IMG/VR virus record: IMGVR_UViG_3300048574_000389
Coordinates: 1 to 41,545 of that record
DNA from: a virus
Lineage: Duplodnaviria; Caudoviricetes
DNA: 41,545 bases
Strand: one strand, 5' to 3'
Shown here piece after piece: positions 17,128 to 27,701 of the stretch. The notes under the pieces were generated by a model, which was not told where the DNA came from, did not search any database, and saw only the letters and a list, made by a program, of their open reading frames with translations. A program made the position numbers and the translations under genes. Every line of letters begins with the position of its first letter. The stretch's first letter is position 1.

Positions 17128-18096
17128 ATGGCTCAGTCCACTTCTACCACCGCTGGCATCCCGGCGGGTCCGTCGCATTCGGACAACCTGTACCTCAAGG
17201 TATTCTCCGGCGAGACCATGAAGGTCTTCAACAAGCGCACCGTCCTCAAGGGTCGCCACCGCGAACGCACGATTACCTCGGGTAAGTCGGCTCAGTTCGC
17301 CGCAATCGGTAAGGCCGCAGCCGAGTACCATACCCCGGGTAACCTCATCCTGGGTCAGGACATCAACCACGGCGAGAAGGTCATCACCATTGATGACATG
17401 CTCATCTCCTCGACCTTCGTGTCCAACTACGAAGAGGCGATGAACCACTACGAGACCCGCAGCGAGTACGCCTTCCAGATGGGTGACAGCCTCGCCCAGG
17501 CCTACGACCAGCATCTCTTCGCAATCGCCACCAAGGCGGCTGTGAACGCCACGACCGGCGCGGTCGCTGAGATGGGTCCGGCCACGGAAGACAAGATCGG
17601 CGCAACGCCGTCCATCGCCAACGTCGTAGACGCCATCTACAACGCAGCCGCGTACTTCGACGCCACGAACATCCCGGACACCGAGCGTGTCGCGTTCGTG
17701 ACCCCGTCGCTGTACTGGGACCTCGTCCAGGACGGCTCGTTCCTCGACCGTGACTTCGGTAACGAGGGCAACGGCTCGCGCTCGAAGGGCGGCATCTACC
17801 GCGCCGCAGGTATCGAGATCGTTCCCACGAACAACCTCGCCCTGAACTTCGGTGTCGCCACGCTCGGCGGTAAGCGCTCCGGCGCTGACATCACCGACTA
17901 CACCGTAGACGGCTCGAAGTCTCTCGTCCTCGTCATGCAGAAGCAGGCCCTCGGTACTGTCAAGCTGATGAACCTCGCGACCGAGAAGGAATATCAGGTT
18001 GGCCGTCAGGGTACCCTGATGGTCTCCCGTATGGCTTGCGGTCACGGCGTCCTGCGCCCCGAGTGCATTCGCCTCATCTCGGCTAAGGCCGCTTAA
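17128..18096 (+). CDS. Major capsid protein (gp10 homologue)
   Basis: LYLKVFSGE, RTITSGKSAQF, EKVITIDD, GHGVLRPEC. Confidence 0.97.
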   Translation: MAQSTSTTAGIPAGPSHSDNLYLKVFSGETMKVFNKRTVLKGRHRERTITSGKSAQFAAIGKAAAEYHTPGNLILGQDINHGEKVITIDDMLISSTFVSNYEEAMNHYETRSEYAFQMGDSLAQAYDQHLFAIATKAAVNATTGAVAEMGPATEDKIGATPSIANVVDAIYNAAAYFDATNIPDTERVAFVTPSLYWDLVQDGSFLDRDFGNEGNGSRSKGGIYRAAGIEIVPTNNLALNFGVATLGGKRSGADITDYTVDGSKSLVLVMQKQALGTVKLMNLATEKEYQVGRQGTLMVSRMACGHGVLRPECIRLISAKAA

Positions 18097-18103
18097 TACC
18101 CCT

Positions 18104-18136
18104 GGGGGTCCCTAACCGGACCCCCTTTTTTCTTTT
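18104..18136 (+). terminator. T-phi-like terminator after the capsid gene
   Basis: GGGGGTCC-CTAACC-GGACCCCC followed by TTTTTTCTTTT. Confidence 0.9.
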
Positions 18137-18150
18137 CAGGCAACATCCCC

Positions 18151-18750
18151 ATGGCTTTCCTCCAGTACACCGAACTTGAGGCCGTAAACCTCATCCTCCG
18201 CAACATGGGTGAAGTGTCGATCAACTCACTCATCAATCCGCCGCTCGATGCCTCAGAGGCCCTAAAGACACTCGAAGAAGTCTCCTTCGATGTCCAGAAG
18301 CGCGGGTGGTATTTCAACACCGAGACGATGACCCTCAGTCCCAACCACAATGGGAACATTCTTCTTCCGAGCAACCTCCTGCACGTCGAAACCGTAGCCT
18401 CCTCCAGGGGTATCCCGGTGACCGTGCGTGATGGAATGCTCTACCGGCTCACCCCGTTCAACAACGGCAACACCTTCGAAGGCCCCGTGGCCGTCAAGTT
18501 GATCCTCGGGCTGACCTACAACGAACTTCCAGCTTCCGCTCGCTCCTACATCGCCCTCCGCGCTGCTCGCGTGGTCCAGGTGCGCACCGTTGGTGACGCA
18601 ATGACCGCAGACGAGGACAACCGCGACGAAACGATGGCCCTCGCCGAACTCAAGGCAGAACAACTTGCAGCGTCGAAGCTCACTCTCACGAATGCACTCT
18701 CTGTCTCCAGTGTGCTTTCAAGCGCTTACAGCCCTTTGGTCCTTAGATGA
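18151..18750 (+). CDS. Tail tubular protein A (gp11 homologue)
   Basis: TELEAVNLIL..MGE, VQKRGWYFNTE, LPASARSYI..RAAR. Confidence 0.93.
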   Translation: MAFLQYTELEAVNLILRNMGEVSINSLINPPLDASEALKTLEEVSFDVQKRGWYFNTETMTLSPNHNGNILLPSNLLHVETVASSRGIPVTVRDGMLYRLTPFNNGNTFEGPVAVKLILGLTYNELPASARSYIALRAARVVQVRTVGDAMTADEDNRDETMALAELKAEQLAASKLTLTNALSVSSVLSSAYSPLVLR

Positions 18751-21122
18751 CAGCAATCTCCGGCGCCTTCGCCAACCTGATCGGTGGCGTCTCGCAGCAG
18801 CCGCCCGAAATCCGAACCGTTAACAGCGCCGAGAAGCTCCTGAACACCTGGAGCGACGTCGCTACCGGCCTCTCCACCCGACCTGCATCCCAGTTCGTCG
18901 CCAACGTCTCCGCAGCCCCGCTCGCCGGGAACACTGTGGCTGACCATACGATCCAGAAGCCCTCGGGGAACTACAAGATCGTCATCCATGGCGGCAACAT
19001 CTTCGTGTGCAACCTTGACACCGGCCTCAACGAGCCGGTGACGATCACAGGCGCAGCGCTGGACTACATCGCCACCGCCGATGCCGCCAAGAACCTCAAG
19101 TTCGTTACGGTCGGCGATACGACCTTCATCTACAACACCACCAAGATTTGCACGGCAGCAGTCGTAGACGAGGCTGGCCTGACGGGCCTGACCGAGGGCA
19201 GCGTCCTCCGGCTGAACCCGAACCGCTATGGGACCTTCTGGGTTCGCCAGCGAGCCGGGTACAAGTCGAACTATGCTCTATATCTCAACGGAAGCCGAAA
19301 GTCCCTCACGGTCACTGACACGTTCACCCCTACCGAGATCGCGTCAGACACGGTCACCCAGGCGACAGCCGCAGGGGTCTCCCTGGCGAAGGTCGCAGAG
19401 ACCGTCGTGTCCATCACGTTCGCGAACGAGAGCGACTTCGTAACCAGTCATGACGACTTGGCGAACACCGCGATCCGGTGCTTCAACGACTTCGTTGACG
19501 AGTTCACCGACCTGCCCAACTTCGACCGTCAAGGCCGCTTGGTTCTCATCAAGCAGTCCCGGACGACCAAGGAAGACGACTATTGGGTTTGGTACAAGAA
19601 CGGCTCGTGGGAAGAGACCTACGGGTGGGACGCCTACGAGAAGCCGAACAACTCTACCATGCCGCATGTCCTCGTGGACAACCGGGATGGCACCTGGACC
19701 TTAAAGGCCCACGAGTGGCCAGGGCGCACCGTAGGTGATGCTGATAGCAATCCGACTCCGACCTTCATTGGCCGGACGATCAACGCCATGTTCCTCTACA
19801 AGGGTCGCATGGTGATCCTCACCGACGAGAACTTCCTGGCTTCCCAGGTGGGCAACTACGAGAACTTCTACCGTTCCTCATGCACCCAGTTGCTCGATGA
19901 GGACTGCATCGACGTTTCCTCGCCGAACAGCCGAGGGGCCAAGCTCCTTTTCGGGAAAGAGTTCGACGGGAAGCTCGTCCTCTCTAGCTCTTTCGACCAG
20001 TTCACGGTCGAGGGGTCGAACGATGGGACGCTTTCGCCCAATTCGGTCTCGATCAAGCGCGTCAACACCTATAACACGTCCCCTGACGTCGATCCGGTGT
20101 TCATCGGTCCCAATTTCGTCTTCGTGGACGACTTCCAGAACCGAGGGTTCGCCCTTCTCCGGGAGTACCAGGTGGAGCGCGTGTTCGGTCGCCAAGTGGC
20201 CCTCCCGATCACCGACCAAGTCCCCGAGTACATCCCCAGTGGTGTCTATAAGCTGGCCGCATCGGCCTCCGACGACATCATGGTGTTGCTCTCCAAGGGC
20301 AACCGCAAGTCCGTCTGGCTCTACAACTACTACTACAACAACGATGGCAAGGTTCTATCGTCGTGGCAGGAGTGGGAGATGCCATTCGAGGTCTACGGAG
20401 GGGATTTCCTGGATGACATCCTGACACTGACGGTCGCCTTTGACACCCAGTTGTACATCGTGTCCTTCAAGTTCGAGGCAGGTGCAGACCGGCTCCTGGA
20501 TGACGAGAGCGTCCTTCTGGATCTCCGTGTTCACTCGTCCGGCCTGATCGTTTCCTACGACGGAACGCACTCCCATGTGACCATCCCCTACGACCTGGAC
20601 GATCCCGAGCTTCTCCAGCAGAGCATCGCGGTAATCTCCCCGGTCAACTCCGGGACGATGACCAAGGGATACATCCTGACGCCCTCCGGGTTCTCCGGTG
20701 GTGTCGTCACGTTCCCCAATGTGAACCTCACCGGCCAAGAGTTCCTCTTCGGCCTCAAATACCGCTTCTTCTGGCAGCTAAACCCGATCTACGTCCGCGA
20801 CAACAACCAAGTCGCGATCCAGGATGGACGGCTACAGCTTCGAAATGTGTCGTTCCTCTACAACAACTCCGGTCCGTTCGAGGTCCAAGTGACCCCTCAG
20901 GGCCGCGAGACCTACCGGGACAAATACGCAAACTTCCTCCTCGGGTCTTCTGGCAGCGTCCTGACGCGCCTGGAGCTTTCCAGCGGGGAATTCCGCACCG
21001 CCGCCTACGGGCGAGGGGACAGCGTGAAGATTTGTGTCGAGGCCTGGACGCCGTGGCGTGTCCGCTTCTCGTCCCTTGAGTGGGATGGAGCGTACCGAGG
21101 ACGCTACAAGAGGACAACCTAA
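18747..21122 (+). CDS. Tail tubular protein B (gp12 homologue)
   Basis: NLIGGVSQQP, TMPHVLV, RTVGDADSNPTPTFIG, GRLQLR. Confidence 0.95.
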   Translation: MTAISGAFANLIGGVSQQPPEIRTVNSAEKLLNTWSDVATGLSTRPASQFVANVSAAPLAGNTVADHTIQKPSGNYKIVIHGGNIFVCNLDTGLNEPVTITGAALDYIATADAAKNLKFVTVGDTTFIYNTTKICTAAVVDEAGLTGLTEGSVLRLNPNRYGTFWVRQRAGYKSNYALYLNGSRKSLTVTDTFTPTEIASDTVTQATAAGVSLAKVAETVVSITFANESDFVTSHDDLANTAIRCFNDFVDEFTDLPNFDRQGRLVLIKQSRTTKEDDYWVWYKNGSWEETYGWDAYEKPNNSTMPHVLVDNRDGTWTLKAHEWPGRTVGDADSNPTPTFIGRTINAMFLYKGRMVILTDENFLASQVGNYENFYRSSCTQLLDEDCIDVSSPNSRGAKLLFGKEFDGKLVLSSSFDQFTVEGSNDGTLSPNSVSIKRVNTYNTSPDVDPVFIGPNFVFVDDFQNRGFALLREYQVERVFGRQVALPITDQVPEYIPSGVYKLAASASDDIMVLLSKGNRKSVWLYNYYYNNDGKVLSSWQEWEMPFEVYGGDFLDDILTLTVAFDTQLYIVSFKFEAGADRLLDDESVLLDLRVHSSGLIVSYDGTHSHVTIPYDLDDPELLQQSIAVISPVNSGTMTKGYILTPSGFSGGVVTFPNVNLTGQEFLFGLKYRFFWQLNPIYVRDNNQVAIQDGRLQLRNVSFLYNNSGPFEVQVTPQGRETYRDKYANFLLGSSGSVLTRLELSSGEFRTAAYGRGDSVKICVEAWTPWRVRFSSLEWDGAYRGRYKRTT

Positions 21123-21601
21123 TGACCTACGCGATCAGGGAGGGCCGGGAAACCGACCTTCCCTTCATCGCCGCGAACCTCCGAGGCGCTGATGCCAAGG
21201 AACTCGTGGCAACCTACGGCCATCCCAGGCTCCTTGAGGGCCTCAAGGCTTCCTTCGAGGCCTCCGATGAGGTCTGCATAGCCGTAACAGCAGAAGACCG
21301 CCCTCTGGCGATCTGGGGCCGCTTAGCCCACACCCGGGCCTCTATGGTCATCTGGTGCGTGGCAACCCACGAAATCACCAAGTACCGCAAGGCTTTCGTC
21401 TCCGAGAGCCTTGGCATCCTCCGTCGCTGGTTCCTAGAGAACCCGGAGGTCTCTTTCATGTTCAACTTCGCCCACGCAGACAACGCGCTCCACCACAAGT
21501 GGCTCCGTTTCATGGGCGCACAGTTCTTCCCTCCGGTCCCTAGTGGTCCCCTGGGGGAACCTTTCAGCCCCTTCGTAATTCGGAGAGAAAACTATGTGTG
21601 A
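21122..21601 (+). CDS. Internal virion protein A (gp13-like, acetyltransferase-like fold)
   Basis: Position; NLRGADAKE, NFAHADN..HHKWLRFMG. Confidence 0.8.
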   Translation: MTYAIREGRETDLPFIAANLRGADAKELVATYGHPRLLEGLKASFEASDEVCIAVTAEDRPLAIWGRLAHTRASMVIWCVATHEITKYRKAFVSESLGILRRWFLENPEVSFMFNFAHADNALHHKWLRFMGAQFFPPVPSGPLGEPFSPFVIRRENYV

Positions 21602-22055
21602 CCTCGGCCTTGTTCTTGGCCTAGCATCGGGCGTTGCCTCCGCAGCGGGGGAAGCCAAGGCCGCTCAGGCCAACATGGACATGTCTGTCCAGCAGTCCAA
21701 ACTTGAATACGCCGCCCAGGAACGTGAGTTCTTGGTCGAAGCCGACGCCGCGAACAAGGAGGGCTACCAAGCCGCCCTTGAAGCCGACCGCAACTCTTCC
21801 GCCGTCAAGACGATGGGCGAGGGGATGGGCGGGGCTACCGCAGGTGCCCAGGTGGCCGAGCAGCAGCGCCAGGGCGCGTTGTCCATCGAGAACGCCAAGG
21901 ATCGCCGTGACGCCGCCCGAGCCAACTACACGATGGCCGGTAAGAACACCCAGATCACCACGCAGAACGACGTCAACCGACAGGCAATCAGCCCGATGAC
22001 GTCCTTCATGAACATCGCCTCCTCAGGCATCGGCAACTATGGAGCATTCAAATAA
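21594..22055 (+). CDS. Internal virion protein B (gp14-like)
   Basis: MCD start, Ala/Gln-rich, position. Confidence 0.75.
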   Translation: MCDLGLVLGLASGVASAAGEAKAAQANMDMSVQQSKLEYAAQEREFLVEADAANKEGYQAALEADRNSSAVKTMGEGMGGATAGAQVAEQQRQGALSIENAKDRRDAARANYTMAGKNTQITTQNDVNRQAISPMTSFMNIASSGIGNYGAFK

Positions 22056-24025
22056 TGCCAGCACCGCAGCAGTCTTCTATCCCGGTCTACAAGGAAACCT
22101 CCGGTATCCCCACGCCGCGCACGATCAACGGCCTCTACAACGCCCGGGACACCCCGGGTGCCGCCCTGGCTAACCTCCTGGGGGCAACCTCCAGCGCCCT
22201 CAAGCGCAACCAGGAGCAACAGGATAAGGGCAAGTCCGAGATGGAGCAGCAGCAGCTTGCCGCGCTGGCCTCCGTTGGTGCCGAGCAGGACCGCTTGAAG
22301 CTGGCCGGTGGCCGCAGCGTGTTCGGGACCATGAATGACCCCGACGCCTCCATCGACTCCTATCAGCTTAACCGAGGTCGCCGCGAGGCTGACATCTACG
22401 CCGGTCAACTCCGGGACGACTACGCGGCCTCAGGCCTCGCCGACAACGATGACCCGAAGGCTTTCCAGGCCTTTGTGGACAGCCAGCGGAACCAGATATT
22501 CAATACGGTCCTAAAGGACGCCGACGCATCCTTCCAGCACGGCTTCCTGACCAACATCGCCTCTTCCTTTGACGACATGACCAAGGCCCACGCGGGACAC
22601 CTGGACACCTTCATCACGAGCCGAAGTAAGGCCGCGATGGAGAGCCGGATCAACGCCAAGGCCGAGGTAGATATGCTCATGAACAAGGAGCGCGGCGCGT
22701 TCGGTGCCTTCATGGATGAGATCATCGGCGGCGAGAGTGGTGGCAACTACAACGCCTTCCACGGAAACGGGAACAACTCCAGCATCCGCTTCACGGACAT
22801 GACGATCCAACAGGTCCTCGACTGGCAGAACTCCGGTCAGTGGAAGAAGTACGGAGGTAAAAGCTCAGCCGTGGGCAAGTACCAGTTCATCGACTCCACC
22901 CTCGCAGAAGTCGTGAAGGGGTCCGGGATAGACCTGAACACCAAGTTCACCCCAGCTGTCCAGGACAAGCTCATCCTATACCGGCTCATGACGACCCGGA
23001 AGCTCAAGGACTACCTCGACGGCAAGATTTCCGATCAGCAGATGCTCGACGGCGGTCTCGCCCCTGAGTTCGCAAGTCTCCAGAAGACCAACGGGCGAGG
23101 GGAGTACGACGGTGACGGCCTGAACAGCGCATCTGTATCAGCTCGCCGCACGATCGCTGCTCTCCAGCGCTTCAAGGCGGCGTACATGAACGACCCCGCC
23201 ACGGTCCCCGGGAGTGACGCTCTGGTAATCGGTGGTGCCCCGTCGAACGTGGGGGCCGCAGTCGAGAACGCTGAGGCCGAATTTGGTCTCCCGAAGGAAC
23301 AGGCCGCAGCCGCCGCCGCCAACGCATACATCAAGGCGCTCGAAGCGAACCCCGAGATGGCCGACAGGGACGACCTGGAGGACCTCATGGAGAACGCCCG
23401 GTTGCCCCAGGGTGAGCGGGACCGTGTCCTCCAGACGCGGGATCGTCTGCGCGAGGAGAATGACCACAACGCCACGCTCCAGCAGCGCGAGCGGGACACG
23501 GCCATCATGTCCTCTGCCGACACCTTCATCCGCTCCGGCGATAAGGCCTCGCTCGAAGAGGTCAAGCGCCTCGATCCGGCCATCCACGGGAAGCTCCTGA
23601 CACTCGCGGCCAAGCCGCCGGTGATCGAAGACCCCGCCATGGCAGAGCGCGAGTTCCTCTCGGTGACCCAGAAGACGGACCCGGACTTCAAGCTCAAGGC
23701 CCTCAAGGCCTACGCGGACGGACAGATCACCCAGTCGTCCTACGCCAAGATCGTCAAGCAGTACGAAGTGACGGAGAACGCCAAGGAAGCCCTGGAGCTT
23801 CCCGGTGTCGAAGCCTTCGTGTCCTCGCTCGAACAGACCCTCCCGGCGTCCACCCGGTCCCAGTTCAGGGAAGCCCTCGCGGTTGCCGCAGAGGACCTCC
23901 GGGAAGCCAATGGGGGCAAGCGCCCGACCATCTCAGCGATCCTCGCCGAGGCCCAGACGCTACACAGTACGCTGTCCACGGGTTCCCCGCAGGACGTCTC
24001 GGCCCTTGAGGCCAAGTACCAGTAA
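22055..24025 (+). CDS. Internal virion protein C (gp15-like) with lysozyme-like muralytic domain
   Basis: GESGGNYNA...MTIQQVLDWQ...SAVGKYQFI..TL...QDKL. Confidence 0.8.
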   Translation: MPAPQQSSIPVYKETSGIPTPRTINGLYNARDTPGAALANLLGATSSALKRNQEQQDKGKSEMEQQQLAALASVGAEQDRLKLAGGRSVFGTMNDPDASIDSYQLNRGRREADIYAGQLRDDYAASGLADNDDPKAFQAFVDSQRNQIFNTVLKDADASFQHGFLTNIASSFDDMTKAHAGHLDTFITSRSKAAMESRINAKAEVDMLMNKERGAFGAFMDEIIGGESGGNYNAFHGNGNNSSIRFTDMTIQQVLDWQNSGQWKKYGGKSSAVGKYQFIDSTLAEVVKGSGIDLNTKFTPAVQDKLILYRLMTTRKLKDYLDGKISDQQMLDGGLAPEFASLQKTNGRGEYDGDGLNSASVSARRTIAALQRFKAAYMNDPATVPGSDALVIGGAPSNVGAAVENAEAEFGLPKEQAAAAAANAYIKALEANPEMADRDDLEDLMENARLPQGERDRVLQTRDRLREENDHNATLQQRERDTAIMSSADTFIRSGDKASLEEVKRLDPAIHGKLLTLAAKPPVIEDPAMAEREFLSVTQKTDPDFKLKALKAYADGQITQSSYAKIVKQYEVTENAKEALELPGVEAFVSSLEQTLPASTRSQFREALAVAAEDLREANGGKRPTISAILAEAQTLHSTLSTGSPQDVSALEAKYQ

Positions 24026-24033
24026 GGAAAACC

Positions 24034-27000
24034 ATGCCTAATTTTGAACCGCAGCAGGACGGGACTTACCTCCCGTCTGCTGAACTTATGGCGCGAGTAC
24101 GCGCTAACCCGCAGCAGTTTCCTGACGCGGCTACAGACTTCGCCAAGCTCTCCGGTAAGACCCCCGAGGAGGTCCAGGCCATCATCGACAACCCCGGGTC
24201 CTCCGGTTTCTGGGGGACCATCGGCGGCTCAGCCATCGACGTTGGTCAGGGCCTCATGGAGGCCGGTGCCATCGCAGCCGAAAACCTGATCCCCGCCGAG
24301 ACCCTCGGGGAAGGGGCCAACATGGTCCGTGACTTCTCGCAGCGCCTGGACCCGAAGTTCGAGAGCGAGAAGAGCTTCACCGAGGGTGCCCTGGAGACAG
24401 TCGGCCAAGCCATTCCAGCCGTAGCCGTGACCATTGGCACGGGCGGGTGGGCTGGTATCGCCCTAGGTGCCGGCATGTCCACGCTGACCATGGCTGACGA
24501 CGAGAACTTCACCAACGCCATGAACGAGATCGCCCCAGGGATCACCCCGGACATCCTCGTGGTCAACCCGGACGACGACGAGTTCACCAAGACCTCCAAG
24601 GCCCTCGTCACCAATGTCGTGATCGATGGGATGATGCTCGGGGCCTCCAGCGTCGTCGGTAAGGCCCTCAAGGCCCTCAAGTCCGGTGCGCCGGTCGAGG
24701 AGATCGCCAAGATCGCCAAAGAGGCCGAAGGCGTGGCAGTCGATAAGGCGTTCCCGCTGGTCCAGGCCCAGGAAATCTCCAAGGCCGCAGCGCGTAAGCA
24801 TATCGGCCAGCAGTTGGACCTCTTCGAGAAGACCGGCTCGGTCGCTGTGGCTCAGCAGGTGGACCCCCAGGTCCGCAAGGTCTTCATGGACAACGTGTTC
24901 GCGTCCTTCAAGAAGCTCGGCGAGCGTACCTCAGAGGTCGCCGGGGGCTTGGAGAAGTTCAGCGCGGAACGCACGGTGGACCTCTCGGTCTATGCGGACC
25001 GCGTCCTCAACGCATTCGCCTCCTCCGACAAGCAGCAGCTTGTTTCGCTTCTCAAGAAGGGCGTCAAAGCAAACGACGCCGTCGAAGCCGCCTACATCAA
25101 CCCGTTCCAGAACGCAGTCATCAAGTCAACCCTGGACCTCGTGGACGCCCGGTTTGATGACGCGGTTAAGCTGATCCGTGAGAACCCTGACAGCACGACC
25201 CGAGCGGCCTTCAAGGCAACCCTCCAGGACGCCGCTGAGTACAAGGTCGAGATCGGTGAGCTTTACCGGCTCTACGGCTCGTCGCCGTCCTACCAGATGC
25301 TCGACCGCAAGGGTGTTCTGCCCTCCGGTGGCTTCGAGGAAGTCATCAAGGCCGAAAAGGCCCTCAAGGAGTCCGTCAAGGACTTCGGGTTCGACCTATT
25401 CTCCGACAAGGTCGAGTTCATGCACTCTCAGGTCAAGACCTGGGACGACCTTGGGATCGACGTGTCGAAGGTTATCCCCGAGCTTGAGGACATGTTCAAC
25501 AAGTTCGACGTCGAGCGCCAGGGCATCCTCGCCAACATGGGCAAGAACGCCACGATGAAGCTCTCCCCAGAGCAGCGAGCAACCATGACGGCGTCTTACG
25601 TCCGCATGGTGAAGGACATCCAGTCCGCTGCGCTCCTCGGGCAGTTCTCCACGACCGGCCTGGAAGTCATCTCCAACACCCTGAACAACATGCTGCTTCC
25701 GTTCATCGAGCACGGCCTGGGTAAGCGAAACCTCGCCAGGGCTGGAGCCGAGTACGCCGGTTACGCATCGGCCTTCAAGACCGCCAAGGGCATAGCCTGG
25801 AAGACCTTCGTCAAGGGCAAGGGTGTCCTGGATGACGCCGACCTGATGGAAGGCGCACACTCCGGCATCCTGGACTACGCCAACCTCTCCGATAAGCCCC
25901 TGCGTCACCTGATGCTGCGACTGTTCAAGTTCGCAACGGACGTCTCGCTGGCATCCTCGGAGTTCTGGAAGTCCACCCGAGCCTACGGCCTCGCTTACGC
26001 GGACGGCCTGGAGCTTGCCTTGAAGTCAGGGCAGGGAAGGGTAGCTGCCAAGCAGTCGGCCAAGGCCTTCGCCGCCAAGCAGTTCGATGAGACTGGTGCT
26101 CTCGTGAACGCCTTCTATCGCAACGACGTCTCTAAGACCTCGTGGCAAGCCGCGTTCGATACTCGCTATTGGACCGGGAGCCTCGCGCAACAGGTGGACA
26201 ACTTCCGCCACCGGGACGACGTCACGGGACTCCTGGCTCGCTCGGCGATCCCGTTCTTCCGAACCCTGGTCAACATCGGCTCAGACGCCTCGCAGTACCT
26301 CGTGCCTCCGGGTGTCCCCAAGATGCTCCGCATGATGTCTGAGCAGAACCGCTTCCAGTGGCTCAAGCGTGTCCCCAAGGTCCTCAAGACCCTGGACGAC
26401 TTCACGGGTGCCAACGGTGTCCGCGCTCAGACCCGCGCCATCGGTCGCAGCCGCCTCGGCCTCTCCTTCACTGCCTCAGCGCTCAGCGCCGTCGCAATGA
26501 GTGACAAGGTCGAGTTCACTGGTGCGTCCGGCTTGAAGCGTTGGGATGCTCGCAAGCGTTCCTTCGAGGAATACCCGCCGAACTCGATCATCATCGGGGA
26601 CGTCTCGGTTGACCTCAGCCGCCTCCTGCCGTTCTCGTCTCCGCTCATGTTGGCGGGGATGATGCGCGATCTCGAGATCGAGAACCAGCTTAACATGCAG
26701 GGCGGGAACTATGCCCCTGAGAGTGGAGCCACCGAGGCCCTCGCTCGATACGGACAGGCCCTCGCGTTCACCAGCATGACCCTGTTCCAAGACAGCGCTG
26801 CCGCTCAGGGCGTCTTCGACATCGCCACGGCGTTCGATGAGGCGCTCTCGGAGGGCAACGCTGGTCCGCTCCTGCGGTACGCCCAGAAGTACGCCTCCCA
26901 GTTCACCCCGGGTCCGCTCAAGATGGCCGCGAAGAACACGAACTTCGACCAGTACGAAGGATACGACTTCTTCTCAGCCTATGCAGCAGCCTCCGGGTTC

Positions 27001-27699
27001 CCGGTGGGCTACAAGCGCCTGGACTTCATCGGCGAGCCTATCGTCCACGGCTTCGGTCGCGGCTTCGATCCGCTCAACATGAAGCGTCTCCACAACGACA
27101 GCCCGATCCACAAGGAGTTCATCTTCCTGAACCAGACAGGCGGTCTCGCCCTTGTCCCTCCGCGTCCCGATGCGGTCTTCGACAAGTCGTTCTGGAAGAG
27201 CATGGGGATCGATGTCGGCGGTGCGTTCTCCTCTGGGAACATGCCGTCCCTCACGGACCTGGAGACCATCGACGGGAAGAACGGTTGGGACGCATACCGC
27301 GACCTCCTCTACAGGGGTCAGGTACCCAAGGACACGCTTGTATCCACGAGTTCCCAAGGCGACAAGATCGACATCGGCAAGGTGTTGATCAAGAAGGGCG
27401 AGAACTTCAAGTCCGCAATGGACCGCCTGATCTCCGATGGGAACTACGACAACCTCACGCCCGACGCCCGGGCCAAGGTTTGGAACGCTGTCTTCGCCTA
27501 CTTCAAGAAGCAGACGAAGGACCAGCTTGCGGATACCCTCGTGGTCACCCCGAGTGTCTTCCAGGACGGCCGCTACGGCTCGCCGATCACCGCACCAAAC
27601 CCGCTTGCCGTAACCGAGGATGCCGCCAAGGACCTCGGGGCTTCTATTCAGCAGACCAAGGGTTCGCCCCTTGATGCTGCCTTCTCGATCAAGAGATAA
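24034..27699 (+). CDS. Internal virion protein D (gp16-like)
   Basis: 1221 aa, position before tail fibre, IPFFRTLVNI-type motif. Confidence 0.8.
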   Translation: MPNFEPQQDGTYLPSAELMARVRANPQQFPDAATDFAKLSGKTPEEVQAIIDNPGSSGFWGTIGGSAIDVGQGLMEAGAIAAENLIPAETLGEGANMVRDFSQRLDPKFESEKSFTEGALETVGQAIPAVAVTIGTGGWAGIALGAGMSTLTMADDENFTNAMNEIAPGITPDILVVNPDDDEFTKTSKALVTNVVIDGMMLGASSVVGKALKALKSGAPVEEIAKIAKEAEGVAVDKAFPLVQAQEISKAAARKHIGQQLDLFEKTGSVAVAQQVDPQVRKVFMDNVFASFKKLGERTSEVAGGLEKFSAERTVDLSVYADRVLNAFASSDKQQLVSLLKKGVKANDAVEAAYINPFQNAVIKSTLDLVDARFDDAVKLIRENPDSTTRAAFKATLQDAAEYKVEIGELYRLYGSSPSYQMLDRKGVLPSGGFEEVIKAEKALKESVKDFGFDLFSDKVEFMHSQVKTWDDLGIDVSKVIPELEDMFNKFDVERQGILANMGKNATMKLSPEQRATMTASYVRMVKDIQSAALLGQFSTTGLEVISNTLNNMLLPFIEHGLGKRNLARAGAEYAGYASAFKTAKGIAWKTFVKGKGVLDDADLMEGAHSGILDYANLSDKPLRHLMLRLFKFATDVSLASSEFWKSTRAYGLAYADGLELALKSGQGRVAAKQSAKAFAAKQFDETGALVNAFYRNDVSKTSWQAAFDTRYWTGSLAQQVDNFRHRDDVTGLLARSAIPFFRTLVNIGSDASQYLVPPGVPKMLRMMSEQNRFQWLKRVPKVLKTLDDFTGANGVRAQTRAIGRSRLGLSFTASALSAVAMSDKVEFTGASGLKRWDARKRSFEEYPPNSIIIGDVSVDLSRLLPFSSPLMLAGMMRDLEIENQLNMQGGNYAPESGATEALARYGQALAFTSMTLFQDSAAAQGVFDIATAFDEALSEGNAGPLLRYAQKYASQFTPGPLKMAAKNTNFDQYEGYDFFSAYAAASGFPVGYKRLDFIGEPIVHGFGRGFDPLNMKRLHNDSPIHKEFIFLNQTGGLALVPPRPDAVFDKSFWKSMGIDVGGAFSSGNMPSLTDLETIDGKNGWDAYRDLLYRGQVPKDTLVSTSSQGDKIDIGKVLIKKGENFKSAMDRLISDGNYDNLTPDARAKVWNAVFAYFKKQTKDQLADTLVVTPSVFQDGRYGSPITAPNPLAVTEDAAKDLGASIQQTKGSPLDAAFSIKR

Positions 27700-27701
27700 C
27701 T

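Noticed and set aside
18050-18150. T7 10A/10B-type capsid frameshift extension
   Set aside because: No slippery site seen; the stop is followed directly by a terminator and the gp11 gene
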